This document shows, piece by piece, positions 38,799-47,489 of a stretch of DNA of 64,000 nucleotides. This DNA is from Acinetobacter phage 133. The translations under genes and the position numbers were made by a program. The DNA lies in the sequence record HM114315.1. One strand, 5' to 3'. The notes below the pieces were generated by a model that saw nothing but the letters and a program-made list of their open reading frames with translations, was not told the origin of the DNA and ran no database searches. The first letter of the stretch is position 1. Each line of letters starts with the position of its first letter.

Positions 38799-40310
38799 GA
38801 CGTATGTTAGGTTGCCACAGTCCCATATGCGCCGAAGCCCGTTATCGTAACAGTTTTGGACTTCCGTTTTGTTGGGATCATACCTTGATAATAAATGGGG
38901 TAACTTATGTTTCATATACGATGACCGGTGTTTTAAAGTTAAATTATCCACATAAAAATAACAAGGTGGTGTAGTACCAACTTGAGTCAGGTTACATTTA
39001 GAATAAACCCCGCCCATTGACCATCGTCTATTTGCATATGAAACAAATGAATGACCTTTGAATAATTTTGATGCTCCCCCAACTACAGTGTGATTTAATA
39101 AAGAACAAAGCCGAAGCAATTCTTTATTTGTAGAACGTGAATACCGGCTTTTGCCATATATTGCAACTTGGACTAATAAATTGTTATGAAATAGTCCATA
39201 GTATTCGCTGCCGTATATTCCGCCCTGTAAATGATTAATATTACAAAACTCATATGCTTCGCTTGCTGATATACGAGATAGAGTACACTTCCGTGCGTAT
39301 ATTTTAGCTGAACGTTGTACTTTATTTCGGATAACCGACTTCCAGATATTTTGTTTGTCAATATTGACCCATTCATTCTCAAATATATGTAACAATTGGA
39401 TTCCTTTGGATTCACACTCAATAGTTTTATTCAGATGATAGTTTTTAATGTTATCATCGCTTACACAGCCGGATGAATGCCAATATAGACCATTGTACTC
39501 AATCGCCAAATTATACATTGGAATATAAATATCCAATTCCAATGGAGGTATTACATTTCTAGTATTACATTCATATTCCACACCTAGAGAATCTAAGAAT
39601 TTACATAAATCTTTCTCTGGTTGTGATTTGAATTTATCACGCAAATTATATTCAATTGACTTGGCCATAATGTATGACTTTGTTGCATTGGATTGTTTTA
39701 CAATATCCTCCAGCGAAAGAGTTTCCCATTTAACTTGAAATTCATCTTTATTGAATACCCAAGATTTAATGTGGCGCCTTGATGTTTGCATTTCCTTTTG
39801 GAGTAATCCTAATTTTTCCTTCATAGGAGCATATTTAGAAATATTACTAACTCCATACCGGTCAATACATGTTGCCTTTGTTTGAGTTACATTTCTATCA
39901 AATGCTTTGATTTTCTCTAATCCGGACTCAGAATACCCCGATGGACCATGGTTTATTTTGCGGGTATTCCAACATTTTGCATGATAATCATTGCGACCAG
40001 ACAAAGCATTTTTAATATTACGATTTTTTGATTCAATGTCAGTATTATTGACTTTAGTCTTTTGCAGATCTGGGTCATTTGCCATACATTTTGTATTGCA
40101 ATAAATTTTAGGTATATCGACTTCAGTGCCACAAGTTGGACACTCATTAAGCCGAGCCCAACCTTTTATCATTAGTAGCAACACGGTTTTATCGCTATAC
40201 TCTGGGTTGTATCCAGATCGATCAAACTTTTCAGGATGTCTGGAAAGCTTTTGTGCCCAATTCGGACTCAGCTTTCCAGATTTACTTTTAAAATAATCAA
40301 TATCAGTCAT
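38793..40310 (-). CDS. free-standing homing-endonuclease-like protein with a PD-(D/E)XK (DUF559 / Vsr-like) nuclease domain and an N-terminal zinc-finger region
   Basis: 505 aa, inserted antisense between gp23 and gp24 in the slot that T4 segD occupies. DUF559-like motifs ELDIYIP...LAIEYNGLYWH...D...ESKGIQLLHIFENEW. N-terminal CPTCG...C..KC zinc finger. Confidence 0.6.
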   Translation of the reverse strand: MTDIDYFKSKSGKLSPNWAQKLSRHPEKFDRSGYNPEYSDKTVLLLMIKGWARLNECPTCGTEVDIPKIYCNTKCMANDPDLQKTKVNNTDIESKNRNIKNALSGRNDYHAKCWNTRKINHGPSGYSESGLEKIKAFDRNVTQTKATCIDRYGVSNISKYAPMKEKLGLLQKEMQTSRRHIKSWVFNKDEFQVKWETLSLEDIVKQSNATKSYIMAKSIEYNLRDKFKSQPEKDLCKFLDSLGVEYECNTRNVIPPLELDIYIPMYNLAIEYNGLYWHSSGCVSDDNIKNYHLNKTIECESKGIQLLHIFENEWVNIDKQNIWKSVIRNKVQRSAKIYARKCTLSRISASEAYEFCNINHLQGGIYGSEYYGLFHNNLLVQVAIYGKSRYSRSTNKELLRLCSLLNHTVVGGASKLFKGHSFVSYANRRWSMGGVYSKCNLTQVGTTPPCYFYVDNLTLKHRSSYMKHKLPHLLSRYDPNKTEVQNCYDNGLRRIWDCGNLTYVK

Positions 40311-40342
40311 GGTGTTCTCCTTAAATGAATTATATCATGATT

Positions 40343-40350
40343 TATAAATA
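40343..40350 (+). promoter_or_regulatory. late promoter TATAAATA for gp24
   Basis: Exact TATAAATA 22 nt upstream of the gp24 ATG. Confidence 0.55.
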
Positions 40351-40372
40351 AGTTAAACGATAGGAGTTTTCC

Positions 40373-41641
40373 ATGAGCATTCATAATTTAATTCGTGAAT
40401 CAATGGGCAGTGTGGACGTAGAAAAAGGTCGTCCTTCATTGCTGGCATTGACTCGCGCAACAACAAAATTAATCTATACTGACCTAGTTGCGATTCAACC
40501 AACCGACAGCAACGTAGCCGCTTTATTCGGGGTTAAATATTTAAACCCGAACGATGAATTGTCATTCATTACAGGTGCAACATATTCTGGTGCTATTGGT
40601 ACAGAAGCACGTAAAACCCTGCCTGATATGACCGTCGGTATGACCCTGGCGAAAGGCGATTATTTCAAATACCAAGACGTTGTATTAAAGGCCCTTGTTG
40701 ATAATCCATTTGCAGGGACAACTGAAACTGACTTATTTGATATCTTGTCAGAAGCTATTGCTGGATCCGCTGTGCGCATGGTCCCTGATGCTGCTGAAAC
40801 CTCACACTTTGAAGTTGACAAACCTGATATTGCTGAAGCAGGGTTCACAATTGACAAGTGGACCGCCCCCGCCAAAACTCGTAAGTTACAAACTCAAATT
40901 ACTGTTGAATTGGCACAGGATTTAAATTCGAATGGGTTTGAACCTTCTGATATGTTAGAAGATATTCTGGCTACTCAAATGGCCGAAGAAATTAATAAAG
41001 ATGTAATGCAATCTATGATCACAGTGTCAAAACGTTTCAAGGTTAAAGGTATATCAGATAAGGGCGTATTAGATTTATCTGTAGTAGGTAGTTCAGTTGA
41101 ACAAGCTCGTGATTTATTCCGATATATCTGCGAAATGAATGCAGATATCCAACGCAATACTTCCTACTCGGCTACATTTGTGCAAGCGTCTTCTCGTGTC
41201 GCTGCCTTGCTTACATCGTCAGGTTGGATGCAGAAAAAAGATGATCAGCCAGAATCTGCGTATGGTGTATTGAATAATGGCCTTGTATTATACTGTGACA
41301 ACAACAGCCCAGTTGAATATGTGATTGTTGGCGTTAAAGATGAGTTTGGCGATGCAGAAACAATCGGCTCACTATTCTATGCTCCTTATGTGGATGGTCT
41401 TAGTGAAGAAGCTGATATTGTTGACCACATTGGCGCATACAAGGTTCTTCGGGACCCAGCATCATTACAACCAAAAATCATGCTTCAAGTCCGATATGCA
41501 CTATGTGTAAACCCTTACACTATGGGTCTTGATGACCCAACAGCTCGTAATATTGATGCATCAAACATGGACAACTTTGCAGGTCAATCGCAAATGTCAG
41601 TGTTGCTCGGGGTTAAGTTGCCAAAACTAGTGACAGTTTAA
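40373..41641 (+). CDS. 24: gp24 head vertex protein
   Basis: 422 aa versus 427 in T4. A gp23 paralog by position. Confidence 0.8.
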   Translation: MSIHNLIRESMGSVDVEKGRPSLLALTRATTKLIYTDLVAIQPTDSNVAALFGVKYLNPNDELSFITGATYSGAIGTEARKTLPDMTVGMTLAKGDYFKYQDVVLKALVDNPFAGTTETDLFDILSEAIAGSAVRMVPDAAETSHFEVDKPDIAEAGFTIDKWTAPAKTRKLQTQITVELAQDLNSNGFEPSDMLEDILATQMAEEINKDVMQSMITVSKRFKVKGISDKGVLDLSVVGSSVEQARDLFRYICEMNADIQRNTSYSATFVQASSRVAALLTSSGWMQKKDDQPESAYGVLNNGLVLYCDNNSPVEYVIVGVKDEFGDAETIGSLFYAPYVDGLSEEADIVDHIGAYKVLRDPASLQPKIMLQVRYALCVNPYTMGLDDPTARNIDASNMDNFAGQSQMSVLLGVKLPKLVTV

Positions 41642-41645
41642 AAAT

Positions 41646-41670
41646 AAAAAGGAGCCTAGGCTCCTTTTTT
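41646..41670. terminator. bidirectional intrinsic terminator
   Basis: aaaaaggagcctaggctcctttttt. Confidence 0.6.
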
Positions 41671-41751
41671 AATAAATAATACCAAATTCAATCAAGCCGT
41701 GGCCAATAATATAACCATTGCAGGATTCTTGAATTTCAACTCAGTATTACC

Positions 41752-42387
41752 TTAGTTTAATATGTGGAAACGTGAATTACGTGATTCACGGATTTGTACG
41801 GTTTTTTGTCGTTTGATGTAATATAACAAACTGTATAATACTCGACGATCGACTTCGCGAGCGATATGAATTTTGGATTTCCAGTCTTTATTCTGCTCAA
41901 TAAAATCCCAAATCCAATATGGGATATTTGTGTAACCTGGTGCAGGGCCCATTAGACTTAGCGTTGGATAGAAACCTGGAGGTAGTTCTTCTGATTCGAT
42001 CACAGGTTGATCCTGAATCGCTTCTGTTGGAGTTTCTTCAACAGGGACTGGTGTTTCTATAGGCTGTGTAACTTCGTCTGATACAGGATCAATGGTGGCT
42101 TCCGGAGTTTCTTCAACAACAGGTTCGACTTTAGGTTCTGCTGCCTGAACTACGATACGCCCATCTTCCTGTGCTAACAATTCGGACATTGTTAGGCCTT
42201 CTGTTTCTTCAGGCATTGGCTCATTATGTAGGGCTTTAATTTCAGCAGTGAATTTTTCAATCATCGCCTCAATAGTCAGGTTCTTTTTAAGCTCAATTCC
42301 GAACCCTTGTGCATATTCTACAAAGGCCTCTTTGGCTTCACGTTTTGGTAACTCAAGTAAAGAGTCGATATATTCTTTATCAATCAT
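41752..42387 (-). CDS. hypothetical protein with an acidic Pro/Glu/Thr-rich linker (in the position of T4 inh/hoc)
   Basis: 211-aa ORF. A divergent late promoter lies 19 nt upstream. Confidence 0.4.
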   Translation of the reverse strand: MIDKEYIDSLLELPKREAKEAFVEYAQGFGIELKKNLTIEAMIEKFTAEIKALHNEPMPEETEGLTMSELLAQEDGRIVVQAAEPKVEPVVEETPEATIDPVSDEVTQPIETPVPVEETPTEAIQDQPVIESEELPPGFYPTLSLMGPAPGYTNIPYWIWDFIEQNKDWKSKIHIAREVDRRVLYSLLYYIKRQKTVQIRESRNSRFHILN

Positions 42388-42405
42388 GTTAGTCTCCTTT
42401 TAACA

Positions 42406-42417
42406 TATTTATAAATA
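42406..42417. promoter_or_regulatory. overlapping divergent late promoters (TATTTATAAATA)
   Basis: Contains TATAAATA on both strands, facing the 41752-42387 gene on the minus strand and uvsW on the plus strand. Confidence 0.45.
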
Positions 42418-42456
42418 AGATATAAGCTAAGCCGTAACCCAATATTAGGAGTTCAT

Positions 42457-43953
42457 ATGGACATTAAATTACACTTTTTAGATTATAGCCACGCCCAAAT
42501 TGAATGTGATGATGATGTTTACATGATGCTTCGTGATCACCTTTCTTTCTTTGCAGAAGGTTATCAATTCAACCCAAAATTTAAATATGGTCAATGGGAT
42601 GGAAAAATCCGTTTACTTGAATATGATCGCAAAGTCCCAATTGGACTAGTTCCACACGTTGCTAAATTTGCGTCCAATATGGATTACTCAATTTGGATCG
42701 ACTCAAATCTAAAATCAAAATCAAATTTATCTCGCGAACTATTTGATAAATGGTTGGGCAAACTTGAAATATATAGCGGCAATACTCGCATCCAACCACA
42801 CTGGTATCAAGCTGATGCAGTATACAAAGCAATCATTGAAAAACGTGCAATCCTGAATTTACCGACATCCGCAGGTAAATCATTAATCCAAGCATTGTTA
42901 ACTCGTTACTACTTACAAACAAAAGAAGGTAAAGTATTAATTCTGGTTCCTAACACTAGTTTGGTGACTCAAATGAAATCGGACCTTGTGGATTATCGTT
43001 TATTCCATAATGATGACATTGCAGAACTTCGGGGTGGTAAAAAACCTGGTGATGAAGCGGTAGTTATTGCAACTTGGCAATCGGCTATTAAACAACCGAT
43101 CGAGTGGTTTGAACAATTCGGAATGTTATTATGTGATGAGATGCACTTGGCCATTGGTAAATCTATTTCCACCATTATTAAAGCGTTAGTTCATTGCGAA
43201 TATAAAGCTGGTCTTACTGGATCACTGCGTGATGGCAAAGCAAACCTTATGCAATACCAAAGTTTATTTGGCGAAGTATTCAAACCTGTGACCACTACTC
43301 AATTAATGGAAGAAGGCCAAGTGACCAATCTGGATATTAATTGTATTATCTTAGAGTACTCAGACGCAGTTAAGCAGATTGCCAAAGGGGTGGATTATCA
43401 AAATGAAATTAAGCTGATTACTAGCTATAAGCCGCGCAATACTTTTATTTGTAATGTTGCATTGACTTTAGCCAAAAAAGGGGAAAATGCGTTCTTGATG
43501 TTTAAACACGTTGAACATGGGAAAGCCCTTTACGCGGAATTAAAAGCGAAATATGATAAGGTTTACTATGTATCAGGTGAGGTTGATGCTGACACGCGCG
43601 ATGCTTTAAAACGAATGGCTGAGACTGAGACTGGTGTTATTATTGTGGCCTCTTATGGAGTGTTCTCTACTGGTATTTCGGTCAAGAATTTACATCATGT
43701 TTTATTAGCCCATCCAGTTAAGTCTGCAGTTATTATCAAGCAAACTATTGGACGTGTGTTACGTAAACATGATTCAAAATCGGTAGCTAAGGTATGGGAT
43801 TTCATTGATGATTTTTCAACTGTCAAAGTGTCCAAGTCAACCGGCAAATCAAGTCGTTCTAATGCCAACTATGCATTGAAGCATGGATTAGAACGAATCA
43901 AGATTTACATCACTGAAAAGTTCAACTACACAACTAAGAAATTCAAGCTATAG
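42457..43953 (+). CDS. uvsW: UvsW DNA/RNA helicase (SF2, DEMH box)
   Basis: 498 aa versus 502 in T4. Motif I PTSAGKS and motif II LLCDEMH. Confidence 0.85.
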   Translation: MDIKLHFLDYSHAQIECDDDVYMMLRDHLSFFAEGYQFNPKFKYGQWDGKIRLLEYDRKVPIGLVPHVAKFASNMDYSIWIDSNLKSKSNLSRELFDKWLGKLEIYSGNTRIQPHWYQADAVYKAIIEKRAILNLPTSAGKSLIQALLTRYYLQTKEGKVLILVPNTSLVTQMKSDLVDYRLFHNDDIAELRGGKKPGDEAVVIATWQSAIKQPIEWFEQFGMLLCDEMHLAIGKSISTIIKALVHCEYKAGLTGSLRDGKANLMQYQSLFGEVFKPVTTTQLMEEGQVTNLDINCIILEYSDAVKQIAKGVDYQNEIKLITSYKPRNTFICNVALTLAKKGENAFLMFKHVEHGKALYAELKAKYDKVYYVSGEVDADTRDALKRMAETETGVIIVASYGVFSTGISVKNLHHVLLAHPVKSAVIIKQTIGRVLRKHDSKSVAKVWDFIDDFSTVKVSKSTGKSSRSNANYALKHGLERIKIYITEKFNYTTKKFKL

Positions 43954-43954
43954 A

Positions 43955-43981
43955 AAAAGGGACCTAGGTCCCTTTTGTTTT
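43955..43981. terminator. bidirectional intrinsic terminator
   Basis: aaaaagggacctaggtcccttttgtttt. Confidence 0.55.
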
Positions 43982-44363
43982 ATCCGAGCGGATGATATCC
44001 ATCGACATCATCATTTTCAGCGAATCGTATTTCTATACGAACATGTAAGTTTTTACGCAGTTTGAATAATCTGGTTACGTTATGACGATTTACAATTGCA
44101 GGTTTTGGACTATTTGAGAAGTCCACAAAATACAGCCCATAATAAGAGATTAAAAAATATTCAATGCTTTTTGACGGCTCAGTCCGCTTAAATGGGATGT
44201 TATGCATGTATACTCCATCAATCGATACATCAAGAGATCCATCTTCTCGAACGTAGATTGTCACACGTTCAAGTCTGGACTCCTTTGCATTTGGTCGTGT
44301 ATAAAAATACAGAAACATTGATGCAACAACCACTATTACAATTAATGCAAGCCATCCCATCAT
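43980..44363 (-). CDS. hypothetical membrane protein
   Basis: 127 aa with an N-terminal transmembrane helix (LALIVIVVVASMFLYFY). Confidence 0.45.
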   Translation of the reverse strand: MMGWLALIVIVVVASMFLYFYTRPNAKESRLERVTIYVREDGSLDVSIDGVYMHNIPFKRTEPSKSIEYFLISYYGLYFVDFSNSPKPAIVNRHNVTRLFKLRKNLHVRIEIRFAENDDVDGYHPLG

Positions 44364-44632
44364 TCGTCCCTCATTTGGTCATCACATTCTTCGCACATTT
44401 TCATATCAACGAGCTCGTTATAAACACGGATTCCAATTTCACGCCAATGATCACACTGTTCACAACAGAAAACGCGAGTTTCCAAGTGGTCCAGGAATAC
44501 CGGAGAATATTGCAGTTCAGGATCTAACACCTGGGCCTTTAATTCAGTGGCCAATGCCTTCGAATAAGTTTCTTCAGAACCCTCTAGTGCTTCGGCAATT
44601 AAATCATATTGATTTTCATTTGGGTATTGCAT
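44360..44632 (-). CDS. hypothetical Cys-rich (zinc-ribbon-like) protein
   Basis: 90 aa with CCEQCDHW...CEECDD motifs. Confidence 0.45.
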   Translation of the reverse strand: MQYPNENQYDLIAEALEGSEETYSKALATELKAQVLDPELQYSPVFLDHLETRVFCCEQCDHWREIGIRVYNELVDMKMCEECDDQMRDE

Positions 44633-44913
44633 TATACTTTACTCACTATAGAAACATTGCTCCATCCGATGCATATACTTTGTACACCGTTACTATCACC
44701 ACAAATTGAAATGGAGTATCCCTTTTCTTTAAGATCTTTGATAACCAGAGAATACACTGAGCGGTTAGTTAATTGAGGCAACAATTCAACCGAAGCCCAG
44801 AATTCACCTTTTAATGCGGCGTCATTTATTGCTTGACTACATTGCGCAATTAGACGGTCCTTGCTAGTTTTGGATGCAATGGTGTGCATTTCAACACTAT
44901 TTGGAATTGACAT
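44632..44913 (-). CDS. hypothetical protein
   Basis: 93-aa ORF, translationally coupled to its neighbours. Confidence 0.45.
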   Translation of the reverse strand: MSIPNSVEMHTIASKTSKDRLIAQCSQAINDAALKGEFWASVELLPQLTNRSVYSLVIKDLKEKGYSISICGDSNGVQSICIGWSNVSIVSKV

Positions 44914-45173
44914 TAAATATCTCCACCCTGTAACACACTACTTAATGATGGATGGCAATGATCGAGAATCATTTTGCGCACAGTCTCTCGATCTTTATAT
45001 GGGAAGAAACGTACCAAGTGATCTTCAAGGCTTAACTTGCTTAATCGAATAAAAACTGGTAATAATCCATCGCCGTAGATAAATGACACTGAGCCAACTT
45101 CATTATCGATTATGATGCTAATTCGCATACCTTCTGAGCTTTTTACGTTTAAACGTGATTTTAAAAGACGCAT
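44913..45173 (-). CDS. hypothetical protein
   Basis: 86-aa ORF, translationally coupled to its neighbours. Confidence 0.45.
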   Translation of the reverse strand: MRLLKSRLNVKSSEGMRISIIIDNEVGSVSFIYGDGLLPVFIRLSKLSLEDHLVRFFPYKDRETVRKMILDHCHPSLSSVLQGGDI

Positions 45174-45604
45174 TATTTGATCCCCATATTTGAATTGTAC
45201 ACTTTGTATGCGGCGTCAAGCCACTGTTCTGGTGTAACTCGTTGCCCTACTTTTGTGGTAAAAAGCGTAATAACTTCACGCTGGGTAGGATTCATTTTAA
45301 CATCAGTTTCAATACAGAATGGATTATCCAGGGAGCGTTTAAATGTGTGATTTTGATGCAATTCTGCGCCAAACACTTCATTTAATATTTTTTGAATATG
45401 ATTACCCCAATTATTACCCTGATTAATAACTTTGCCAATTACGCAACTTGACCAAAGGTGCATGTTAAACACCACATCACTATCACGAAGTAGCTCAACT
45501 TTATCAATGATCATTTTCAGACCCTTTAAAAGGTCTGTCCGAGAACCGTACATTGTTGCGTAAGTAGTATTAAAGGAATAATTACCTTGAAATTGACTGA
45601 CCAT
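45173..45604 (-). CDS. hypothetical protein
   Basis: The ORF-track start at 45616 is a GTG codon. The first ATG (MVSQFQ) is at 45604, about 23 nt downstream of the early promoter. Confidence 0.45.
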   Translation of the reverse strand: MVSQFQGNYSFNTTYATMYGSRTDLLKGLKMIIDKVELLRDSDVVFNMHLWSSCVIGKVINQGNNWGNHIQKILNEVFGAELHQNHTFKRSLDNPFCIETDVKMNPTQREVITLFTTKVGQRVTPEQWLDAAYKVYNSNMGIK

Positions 45605-45634
45605 TTTATTTCTCACGTTGGTTGGAATAAGAGA

Positions 45635-45664
45635 ATATTAAACCGATAGAAATAAAAAGTAAAC
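45635..45664 (-). promoter_or_regulatory. T4-type early promoter (GTTTAC-N17-TTAATAT)
   Basis: Minus-strand reading gtttactttttatttctatcggtttaatat. Same architecture as the promoter at 234-265. Confidence 0.45.
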
Positions 45665-45678
45665 CCTAAAACGAAAAA

Positions 45679-45695
45679 AGGTCCGAGGACCTTAC
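45679..45695 (-). terminator. intrinsic terminator
   Basis: Minus-strand aaggtcctcggaccttttttcg. Confidence 0.45.
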
Positions 45696-45701
45696 ATCAA
45701 T

Positions 45702-45862
45702 AATTCAGTTTCTTGAAGTACCGATGCTGTATTTTCTGTGACTGGGATGTCTTGGACATGGTTTAGACATACTCCAGGGTGAACTGGGCCGTGCTCGGTT
45801 TCAACAACCAGGGCTTCATCAATTGGTGTTTTGCACACCGTACAAATAGTCTGTTGCATTAT
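45702..45862 (-). CDS. small Cys-containing protein (53 aa), candidate uvsY.-1-like
   Basis: MQQTICTVCKTPIDEALVVETEHGPVHPGVCLNHVQDIP... with a CxxC...C pattern and an AGGAAA ribosome-binding site. Absent from the ORF track (below 60 aa). Its start overlaps the uvsY stop. Confidence 0.35.
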
Positions 45863-46266
45863 TTTCCTGCCTCAAATTGTCTTAAGTCGATAATATTCTT
45901 AATGGCAAACCCTCTAGACTTAATGGCGTCCATCGCATTACCACAGAACTCAAGCATGATTGTGAAGTATTGAATCTTGGTTTCAACTGTTAGAATATCA
46001 GCGTCACCAGATAAAACTGTTTTCATCTCTGAACGTTCATATCGATCCATCGAAACTTCATCACCACGCCCTGAATAATAATCAAGTTTGGTTTTGGTAT
46101 GTTTTTTACGTTGTGCATCCAATGATAAAATGCTTTTACGTATATTAGAATATTTAGTAGACCACTTACAATACAAGTTAATATTTTCAGCGGCTTCTGT
46201 TTGTAACTGAGTCATATCAAGGACAAGGTCCTTCTTTAATTCAGCCTGTAAATCTTCAAGTGTCAT
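45859..46266 (-). CDS. uvsY: UvsY recombination mediator
   Basis: MTLEDLQAELKKD...KLDYYSGRGDE...SMDRYERSEMKTVLSGD...DAIKSRGFAIKNIIDLRQFEAGK is near-identical to recalled T4 UvsY. Confidence 0.9.
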   Translation of the reverse strand: MTLEDLQAELKKDLVLDMTQLQTEAAENINLYCKWSTKYSNIRKSILSLDAQRKKHTKTKLDYYSGRGDEVSMDRYERSEMKTVLSGDADILTVETKIQYFTIMLEFCGNAMDAIKSRGFAIKNIIDLRQFEAGK

Positions 46267-46276
46267 ATTAATACCT

Positions 46277-46390
46277 AGTTCGCAAGCTCACGGCTTCGCC
46301 ATTATGATTCTATTATTTAAAGCAAGTAGAGTATATCTACCGGCGGCCAAAGTAATAGGGGTGAGGGGCAAAGCGTTGCTTTATTATAAC
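46277..46390 (-). repeat. repeat family copy C (inverted relative to copies A and B)
   Basis: Reverse complement of 46332-46390 matches 9241-9298 with one C insertion. 46277-46302 is identical to block 2 at 9320-9345. Confidence 0.65.
46296..46330 (-). promoter_or_regulatory. MotA-dependent middle promoter upstream of uvsY (TTGCTTTA-N11-CATAAT)
   Basis: Minus-strand cTTGCTTTAaataatagaatCATAATggcgaag. In T4 the uvsY middle promoter is part of oriF. Confidence 0.5.
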
Positions 46391-46423
46391 GTTGAATTTC
46401 CAATGCGAATGAGCATAAATAGA

Positions 46424-46813
46424 TTACCCTTGATTTAATCTAAATTTAATTTGTTCCAATGTATCTGGGTTGTCCAGAATAGAGAAACGAACTTCGACTA
46501 TCACGGTATTTCTATCATACTCCGGAGTTACTGATACGCGAAGCTGAACCACACGTGGTTCATATGTTCGAATTGATGACATTATAACACGTTCCATTGT
46601 ATCTGCTACAAGAGGAGTCATGTTTTCAAATAATTGATCGGACAAATTACAACCAAATTCTGGATCAAATGGTCTAGAACCTTTGCGGGTTGTAACAATA
46701 CCTAAAATTGAATTTTTTACTGCACGCGCCCCGACAGATTTTGCCAAATCACGATCCCAATTCATTTCCATTCCAGGATTTAAATCCGTATACATTTGGT
46801 CTATATTACTCAT
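46424..46813 (-). CDS. 25: gp25 baseplate wedge (gpW/lysozyme-like)
   Basis: Start adjusted to MSNIDQMYTD. ITTRKGSRPFDPEFGCNLSDQLFENMTPL is near-identical to T4 gp25. Confidence 0.9.
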   Translation of the reverse strand: MSNIDQMYTDLNPGMEMNWDRDLAKSVGARAVKNSILGIVTTRKGSRPFDPEFGCNLSDQLFENMTPLVADTMERVIMSSIRTYEPRVVQLRVSVTPEYDRNTVIVEVRFSILDNPDTLEQIKFRLNQG

Positions 46814-47442
46814 AATAGAACCTCGATGCATTCCTCAAGTCCCTTTATATGTTTTACCCCTGACTTTCCACAATCACAACTCACTGGTATAGCTAATTGA
46901 ATATATGGGGCCAAAAGGTATTCCTTGATGTTTAATACGTCCTGTACTGAAAATGCTGCTACAAAGTTATCCATTTCCAATTCGGATAAGTCATCTAGTT
47001 GCAAAACATCATTCGATGTGTAAATTCCATCAATGCATGACAAAATAAGATCATACATGTTGTCATCACAGAACATATTGGTTGGATATTTTAATTTTAC
47101 TTTGAACCCCTTTAACTGATACATCTCAGAATGCACCGTATCGCTCTGTGGGATCACTTGGTGCAAATGTGTATAGTTTAGTTCAATAGTGCGTTTTGCT
47201 CCACATTCGCACACGTATTGCGTTTTAGGGCGCATCGTTGTGCTTTTCGCTAATAGTGTTACAAAGAGCTGTTCTTTTGAGACTTTGGTTAAGTTTAAAC
47301 CTGCAGTAGAGCCTAAAATATCCAGGACGCCCTCTTTAAAAGTCGCGTTCTCTACTGAGGCCAGAAAGTTCATGTATTGACCAAGAGTAATTGCTTTTAA
47401 ATTAAATGTTTCTTGACCAATTTTTATTTCAATTGTATGCAT
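46810..47442 (-). CDS. 26: gp26 baseplate hub subunit
   Basis: 210 aa versus 208 in T4. Divergent from gp51 as in T4. Confidence 0.7.
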   Translation of the reverse strand: MHTIEIKIGQETFNLKAITLGQYMNFLASVENATFKEGVLDILGSTAGLNLTKVSKEQLFVTLLAKSTTMRPKTQYVCECGAKRTIELNYTHLHQVIPQSDTVHSEMYQLKGFKVKLKYPTNMFCDDNMYDLILSCIDGIYTSNDVLQLDDLSELEMDNFVAAFSVQDVLNIKEYLLAPYIQLAIPVSCDCGKSGVKHIKGLEECIEVLL

Positions 47443-47462
47443 ACATACCTCCGCTATTAAGT

Positions 47463-47474
47463 TATTTATAAATA
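47463..47474. promoter_or_regulatory. overlapping divergent late promoters (TATTTATAAATA) for gp26 and gp51
   Basis: TATAAATA on both strands. 21 nt from the gp26 start and 16 nt from the gp51 start. Confidence 0.5.
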
Positions 47475-47489
47475 AAAAAGAGGTGTACT

